32,000 nucleotides of DNA from positions 2,700,001 to 2,732,000 of the forward strand of contig NZ_LT934425.1 of NCBI RefSeq assembly GCF_900232105.1, written 5' to 3'. A model generated the notes under the pieces. That model saw only the letters and a list, made by a program, of their open reading frames with translations. It was not told where the DNA came from and made no database searches. Shown piece after piece: positions 30,344 through 32,000 of this stretch (its first letter is position 1; every line of letters begins with the position of its first letter). The DNA comes from Candidatus Kuenenia stuttgartensis (lineage in GTDB: Bacteria > Planctomycetota > Brocadiia > Brocadiales > Brocadiaceae). Made by a program: the position numbers and the translations under genes.

Positions 30344-32000
30344 ATATGTCTACAGATAATCCTGCTTCCGGGATTGATTTTATAAGGGAAATTATTGCGG
30401 AAGATATAAAAACGAATAAACACGGCGGTAGGGTGGTTACACGTTTTCCGCCGGAACCAAACGGATACCTGCACATCGGGCATGCAAAATCAATTTGTCT
30501 TAACTTTGGTATTGCCCTGGAAAATAAAGGTGGTGTATGTCACCTGCGGTTTGATGATACAAACCCTTGCAAGGAGGAAATTGAATATGTTGAGTCAATT
30601 AAAAACGATGTACATTGGTTGGGCTTTGACTGGGGAACGCATCTTTATTACACATCCGATTATTTTGAAAAGCTGTATGAGTATGCGGTACAGTTGATAC
30701 GGCTAGGCAAGGCCTATGTATGTAGTTTAAGCGCTGACGAGATAAGAGAGCACCGCGGCACCTTGACTCAACCGGGAAAGGATAGCCCCTATCGCACACG
30801 AACCATAGAAGAAAATCTTGATTTATTTACACGCATGCGCAACGGAGAGTTTGCGGATGGCGCTCAGGTGCTTCGCGCAAAAATTGATATGTCATCTCCC
30901 AATTTAAACATGAGAGATCCTGCTATCTATCGCATCCGGCGTACAAAGCATCACAGGACCGGCGATACATGGTGTATTTATCCGATGTACGACTTTGCCC
31001 ACTGCCTTTCCGATTCCATTGAAGGGATCACGCATTCCATATGCACAACAGAATTTGAAAACCATCGCCCCCTGTATGATTGGATACTCGACACGTTAGG
31101 GGTGGAATGCCATCCGCAACAAATAGAGTTTGCACGCCTCAACCTCAGCTATACCGTGATGAGCAAGAGAAAATTACTTGAACTGGTAGAGGAAAAGCAG
31201 GTAAGTGGGTGGGACGACCCAAGAATGCCTACTATTTCAGGCATGCGAAGGAGGGGATATACACCGGAAGCAATACGCAATTTCTGCGAACGAATTGGAG
31301 TGGCAAAGAGAGAGAGCATGGTTGATATCGCACTGCTGGAACACTTTGTCCGCGAAGACCTTAATAAACATGCTCTCCGGGTAATGGCGGTATTGCGCCC
31401 GCTTAAGGTAGTCATTGTTAATTACCCCGAGGGTCATGTGGAAGAATTGGAGTGTATAAACAACCCGGAAGACCCAAATATGGGGACACGAAAGGCGCCT
31501 TTTTCCAGGGTTTTATATATAGAACAGGATGATTTCTGTGAAGAACCGCCCAAAAAATTCTTTCGCCTTGCCCCCGGGCGTGAAGTCCGTTTACGCTACG
31601 CCTATTTCATTACCTGTATAAAGGCAATAAAAGACGAAGTGACCGGCGAAATCAAAGAATTGCACTGCACCTATGATCAGGAAACACGGGGCGGTTCCGC
31701 ACCGGATGGCCGTAAAGTCAAGAGCACAATACATTGGGTTTCTGCCGAACATTCAATTGAAGCAGAAGTGCGTTTGTACGACCATTTATTCATAAAGGAA
31801 TCTCCATGCGGAGAAAAAGATGAAACTGATTTTAAAAAGTTTCTAAACCCAAATTCCCTGGAAATAATAGCTAAATGCCGTGTAGAACCTGGACTGGCAG
31901 ATGCTAAACCCGGGAGCCGTTACCAATTTGAGCGCATAGGTTATTTTTGCGTTGATGCAAAAGACACCGCCAGTAAAAAACCTGTTTTTAACAGAACGGC
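30344..32000 (+). CDS. glnS: Glutaminyl-tRNA synthetase, 5' part (runs off the window)
   Basis: Starts [57 protein letters not shown], then '[10 protein letters not shown]', '[24 protein letters not shown]' and 'VMSKRKL'. No stop before 32000. Confidence 0.97.

Overview
This 32 kb window looks chromosomal. Protein style and gene content suggest an anammox-type planctomycete, but that is inference only. Most of it is ordinary genes: miaA, a CvpA-like protein, a TPR protein, comEC/rec2, a TalC-type transaldolase, a large radical SAM protein, clpX, a ferredoxin plus Mrp/NBP35 ATPase pair, a multi-PAS/GAF histidine kinase with a sigma54 response regulator, moaA, moaC, an ABC exporter and the 5' part of glnS. 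The most interesting material lies between genes. (1) Two paralogous minus-strand elements match the cyclic-di-GMP-I (GEMM) riboswitch consensus. Each is followed by a homologous intrinsic terminator, and an ISL3-family IS with 20-bp perfect terminal inverted repeats lies just upstream of one of them. (2) A 24-nt motif (about GTAACACTTTAGTCTTTTGAAAAA) occurs at least seven times and bounds a 161-bp palindromic MITE-like element and a 300-bp multi-hairpin element. (3) An IS fuses a DUF4338/DruA-like domain to a Tn5-type DDE transposase and has a candidate 8-9 bp target duplication. (4) A 1.1-kb noncoding segment downstream of moaA carries nested direct and inverted repeats. (5) A DUF433/DUF5615 toxin-antitoxin pair has its toxin ORF cut short beside a palindrome. 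No CRISPR array, rRNA or convincing tRNA was seen. All homology calls are from memory of family motifs, and no search was run.
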